NCBI GenBank assembly: GCA_021773195.1
Contig: JAJFKN010000032.1
Span: 18,644-82,643, forward strand
Direction: 5' to 3'
Source: Gammaproteobacteria bacterium
GTDB lineage: Bacteria; Pseudomonadota; Gammaproteobacteria; JAKBBU01
DNA length: 64,000 bases
In this document: piece by piece, positions 60,547 to 64,000 of the stretch
How the letters are laid out: every line of letters begins with the position of its first letter
How positions within the stretch are numbered: position 1 is the stretch's first letter
The notes under the pieces: model-generated
Databases searched by the model: none
Seen by the model: only the letters and a program-made list of their open reading frames with translations
Told to the model about the DNA's origin: nothing
Translations under genes and position numbers: made by a program

Positions 60547-62466
60547 TCATTTTAGGGCAGGTTTCTGAGCGATTAGAGCATCTACGATAGTTGGGTCTGC
60601 CAAGGTAGAGGTATCGCCAAAATCCTGTAATTCCCCGTGAGCGATATTCCTCAAAATACGCCGCATAATCTTGCCCGATCGAGTTTTGGGTAAGTCAGAG
60701 GTAAATTGAATGATATCTGGAACAGCAATGGAACCGATAACATGTTTGACACGGGCTTTGATTTCCCCCATCAAGTTATCATCAACTGTAATACCTGTGA
60801 TGGGAGTGACAAAGGCATAAATGGCTTCGCCCTTAATGTCGTGAGGGAAGCTCACTACGGCGGCTTCAGCCACCGCCTTATGGCTGACTATGGCACTTTC
60901 AATTTCTGCGGTGCCAAGTCGGTGTCCCGATACATTGATGACATCATCCAGACGGCCTGCCAACCAATAAAAGCCATCCTCATCACGGTTGGCTTTATCT
61001 CCGGTGAAATAATATCCCGCAGCAGGCTTTAAATAAGTTTCTAGGAATCGTTTATGGTCGCCATACACCGTACGCATGATGGAAGGCCAGGGTTTCTTTA
61101 TGACTAATTTACCTGTGCCAGGACCTTGAATTTCTTTGTCTTGTTCGTCCAGTAATGCAGGTTCAATGCCTAACATGGGTAAAGTGGCAGAACCGGGTTT
61201 TAATTCTGTGGCACCGGGTAAGGGTGAAATCATAATGCCCCCAGTTTCTGTTTGCCACCAAGTATCTACTACGGGGCAACGTCCTTCACCCACCATGTGA
61301 TAATACCATTCCCACACTTCAGGATTGATGGGTTCACCCACAGTGCCTAACAAACGTAAGGTTTTACGTGAAGTTTTCTTAACATAATCATCGCCATCGC
61401 GCATTAAGGCACGAATAGCTGTGGGTGCCGTATAAAGAATGGTAACTTGATGTTTATCCACCACTTGCCAAATGCGAGAAGCATCGGGATAGTTGGGGGT
61501 GCTGGCAAACATCAATGTGGTGGCAGCATTAGACAGGGGGCCATAAATTAAATAAGAGTGTCCCGTCACCCAACCCACATCGGCGGTACACCAATAAACA
61601 TCACTGGGCTGGTAATCAAATACTTGTTTAAAGGTCATAGTGGTATAAAGTAAGTAACCTGCTGTGGTATGCAGCACACCTTTGGGCTTGCCCGTAGAAC
61701 CCGATGTATAAAGGATAAAAAGAGGGTCTTCAGCTTGCATTGGTTCTGCCGGGCAGTCTTTTGGCATGCTATCCATTAAGGTTTTACAATCGAGATAGGT
61801 TTTATCAGGGCTGTCCACCATAATGACTTGTTGTATGCAGGGACATTTTTGTAAGGCGTGTTCAACATTGTCTTTCAAGGGAATGGTCTTACCACCTCGG
61901 CGTCCTTCTTTTGCTGTAATAAGCACAGAACAGTCGGCGTCTATGAGCCGCTCCCTGAGGGCGTGGGCAGAAAACCCCGCAAAAACTACGGAATGCACAG
62001 CTCCAATGCGAGCGCAGGCCAGCATAGCTATGGCCGCTTGAGGGATCATGGGTAAATAAATGCAAACCCTGTGGCCTTTTTTAACGCCCAAGGATTTTAA
62101 TCCATTGGCCAGTTGGCAAACTTTTTCATGCAAGGTTTGAAAGGTAATTTTTTCATTTTCATGGGGTTCATCCCCTTCCCAGAGAATAGCCGTATTGTCT
62201 TTATGTTCGGGTAAGTGACGGTCTAAGCAGTTATAACAAACATTTAATGTAGCATCATGGAACCAACGAATATTGCCTTCTTGAAGATCACCATCCATGA
62301 CATTTTGCCAAGGTGTGAACCAATCCACGTATTTCTTAGCTTGCTCGGACCAAAAGGTTTCAGGATCCCTAATGGAAAACTCATAAAGCGCTGCATATTC
62401 TTCTCGATTTATGTTGGCTTTTTGGGCTGATGCTGTATTAACGGCGTATACCTTTGACATAAACAA
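60547..62466 (-). CDS. acs: Acetate--CoA ligase
   Basis: YTSGSTGKPKG, DTWWQTETGG and PKTRSGKIMRR. Confidence 0.96.
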   Translation of the reverse strand: MFMSKVYAVNTASAQKANINREEYAALYEFSIRDPETFWSEQAKKYVDWFTPWQNVMDGDLQEGNIRWFHDATLNVCYNCLDRHLPEHKDNTAILWEGDEPHENEKITFQTLHEKVCQLANGLKSLGVKKGHRVCIYLPMIPQAAIAMLACARIGAVHSVVFAGFSAHALRERLIDADCSVLITAKEGRRGGKTIPLKDNVEHALQKCPCIQQVIMVDSPDKTYLDCKTLMDSMPKDCPAEPMQAEDPLFILYTSGSTGKPKGVLHTTAGYLLYTTMTFKQVFDYQPSDVYWCTADVGWVTGHSYLIYGPLSNAATTLMFASTPNYPDASRIWQVVDKHQVTILYTAPTAIRALMRDGDDYVKKTSRKTLRLLGTVGEPINPEVWEWYYHMVGEGRCPVVDTWWQTETGGIMISPLPGATELKPGSATLPMLGIEPALLDEQDKEIQGPGTGKLVIKKPWPSIMRTVYGDHKRFLETYLKPAAGYYFTGDKANRDEDGFYWLAGRLDDVINVSGHRLGTAEIESAIVSHKAVAEAAVVSFPHDIKGEAIYAFVTPITGITVDDNLMGEIKARVKHVIGSIAVPDIIQFTSDLPKTRSGKIMRRILRNIAHGELQDFGDTSTLADPTIVDALIAQKPALK

Positions 62467-62487
62467 TCCCTGCTGTCACTGGCAAGT

Positions 62488-64000
62488 TTAATCCTTGCGT
62501 TGATAAAGACGTAATAATCCCTGTGTCGAAGCATCGTAATGATGTTTTAATGTGGTTTTTGTTAAATCTTCTAATATTTCACTCGCCACGTGTTTACCCA
62601 ATTCCACGCCCCATTGATCGAAGGCATTGATACCAAGTATAGCTGCTTGGGCAAAAACTTTATGCTCATAAAGAGCAACTAGTGCCCCAAGACTGTAGGG
62701 GTCTAACTGGTGCAATACTAAGGTGCTGCTAGGGCGATTACCAGGCATGGCTTTATGTTTTGCTAATTGTCCCGCTTGAGCTTCAGGTATGCCATTTTCA
62801 AGCAATTCTTTTTTTATGGTTTCTTCATTGCGGCCCGTCATCAATACTCGGGATTGCGCTAGACCGTTCGCGTATTGAATGGCATGTTCTTGAGGATAAT
62901 GATTACATGTGCGACTTAGAATAAAATCCACAGGGATTAAATGGCGGCCTTGATGGAGTAATTGATGAAAAGCATGTTGGCCATTGGTTTCTACACCTCC
63001 CCATATAATGCTAGCTGTGGGGTAATTAACAGGGTTACCCTTCATATCAACGGATTTGCCGTTACTTTCCATTTCTAATTGTTGGCAATATTGGGGAAAG
63101 GCTTGTAATGAAGTTTCATAGGGGAGAATCGCTTGGCTTTGGCAACCATGAAACTGACTGTACCATAAACTGATTAGGGCTTTAATGGTGGGCATGTTCT
63201 CGCCGCATGGTGTCTCTTGGAAATGTTGATCCATGGCATGAGCGCCAGCTAATAATTGAAAGAAATGTTGCGTACCCAATTGCATTAATATAGGCAATCC
63301 AATGCTCGACCAAAGAGAAAAACGTCCGCCAACCCAATCCCAAATAGGGAAAATAGCCGATTCTAAAATTCCCCATTCCAGCGCTTTTTCTTTATTTTCT
63401 GTGATGGCGACAAAATTTTGTTTTATGGCTTTGTCATTTTGAAACCAATGACGAATTTTTTCACCATGGTATAGAGTTTCTTGAGTAGCGAAAGACTTTG
63501 ACGATAAGATAACTAAGGTTGTCGCCGGGTTTAATGCTTTTAATAGCTGTTCTAGGTGGGCTTGGTCCAGGTTCGATACAAAATGAATATTGAGTTGAGA
63601 ATTTTTGTAGTCTTGCAAAGCTTGGCAGGCCAGAGCGGGCCCTAAGTGAGAGCCACCAATGCCCACATTAATCACATCTGTAATAGCTTGCCCATCATAC
63701 CCTTTGTGTTGCTCTGTGGTGACGGCTTCATAAAAATCCACCATTTTATTCAAAGCTGCACTGATCTCGGGCATGATGTCATGACCATTCAATTTAACCG
63801 GTGTATTGCTCACATTACGCAATGCGGTATGCAAGGCAGGACGTTGCTCACTGACATTCAGAGTTGCACCAGAGAAAAGATCTTGGACTTTCTCTTTTAA
63901 CTGTGTTTCTTCGGCTAACTTGCATAGAGCTTTGAGGATGTCTTTGGTGACCCACTGCTTGGAATAATCCAAATGTAATTGGCAAGCTTCTAGCGAGAAA
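62488..64000 (-). CDS. pgi: Glucose-6-phosphate isomerase (5' end outside window)
   Basis: GIGGS, DWVGGRFSLWS, MESNGK and FDQWGVELGK; frame open to the window edge. Confidence 0.96.
   Translation of the reverse strand, partial: FSLEACQLHLDYSKQWVTKDILKALCKLAEETQLKEKVQDLFSGATLNVSEQRPALHTALRNVSNTPVKLNGHDIMPEISAALNKMVDFYEAVTTEQHKGYDGQAITDVINVGIGGSHLGPALACQALQDYKNSQLNIHFVSNLDQAHLEQLLKALNPATTLVILSSKSFATQETLYHGEKIRHWFQNDKAIKQNFVAITENKEKALEWGILESAIFPIWDWVGGRFSLWSSIGLPILMQLGTQHFFQLLAGAHAMDQHFQETPCGENMPTIKALISLWYSQFHGCQSQAILPYETSLQAFPQYCQQLEMESNGKSVDMKGNPVNYPTASIIWGGVETNGQHAFHQLLHQGRHLIPVDFILSRTCNHYPQEHAIQYANGLAQSRVLMTGRNEETIKKELLENGIPEAQAGQLAKHKAMPGNRPSSTLVLHQLDPYSLGALVALYEHKVFAQAAILGINAFDQWGVELGKHVASEILEDLTKTTLKHHYDASTQGLLRLYQRKD

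Overview
A mostly core-genome segment from a Gammaproteobacterium, most likely Legionellales/Coxiellaceae-like (inferred from gene order, ispE missing between lolB and tRNA-Gln, an insertion in S9, and effector-like genes). Housekeeping genes include hemL, grxC-secB-gpsA, trmL, mlaA, rplM-rpsI, lolB-tRNA-Gln-prs-rplY-pth-ychF, glnE, rpoH, argE, efp-epmA, psd-rsgA, cca, galM, speE/speA, class II DAHP synthase, acs and pgi. Accessory content includes an LRR protein ending in a CaaX-like box, a type IV (AbiE) TA pair with an apparently deleted toxin, an LvgA-like protein, a low-complexity effector candidate, an adenylate cyclase plus MBL hydrolase pair, a 1902-aa Ig-repeat/thaumatin protein and a teichoic-acid-type polymer locus. 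The most unusual signals are intergenic: (i) three copies of a ~105-120 bp element with a conserved covarying core bearing two ATCCCT/AGGGAT loops (CsrA-site-like) inside copy-specific inverted arms; (ii) two clusters of CGTC-type REP dimers sharing a covarying cargo hairpin, one extending into a G-rich 21/23-bp tandem array built from the REP end; (iii) a CIRCE box over an apparently leaderless rpoH promoter; (iv) a five-unit, 11-bp phased TTAA array. No CRISPR array, rRNA or transposase was seen. All annotations come from reading the sequence; no database search was run.
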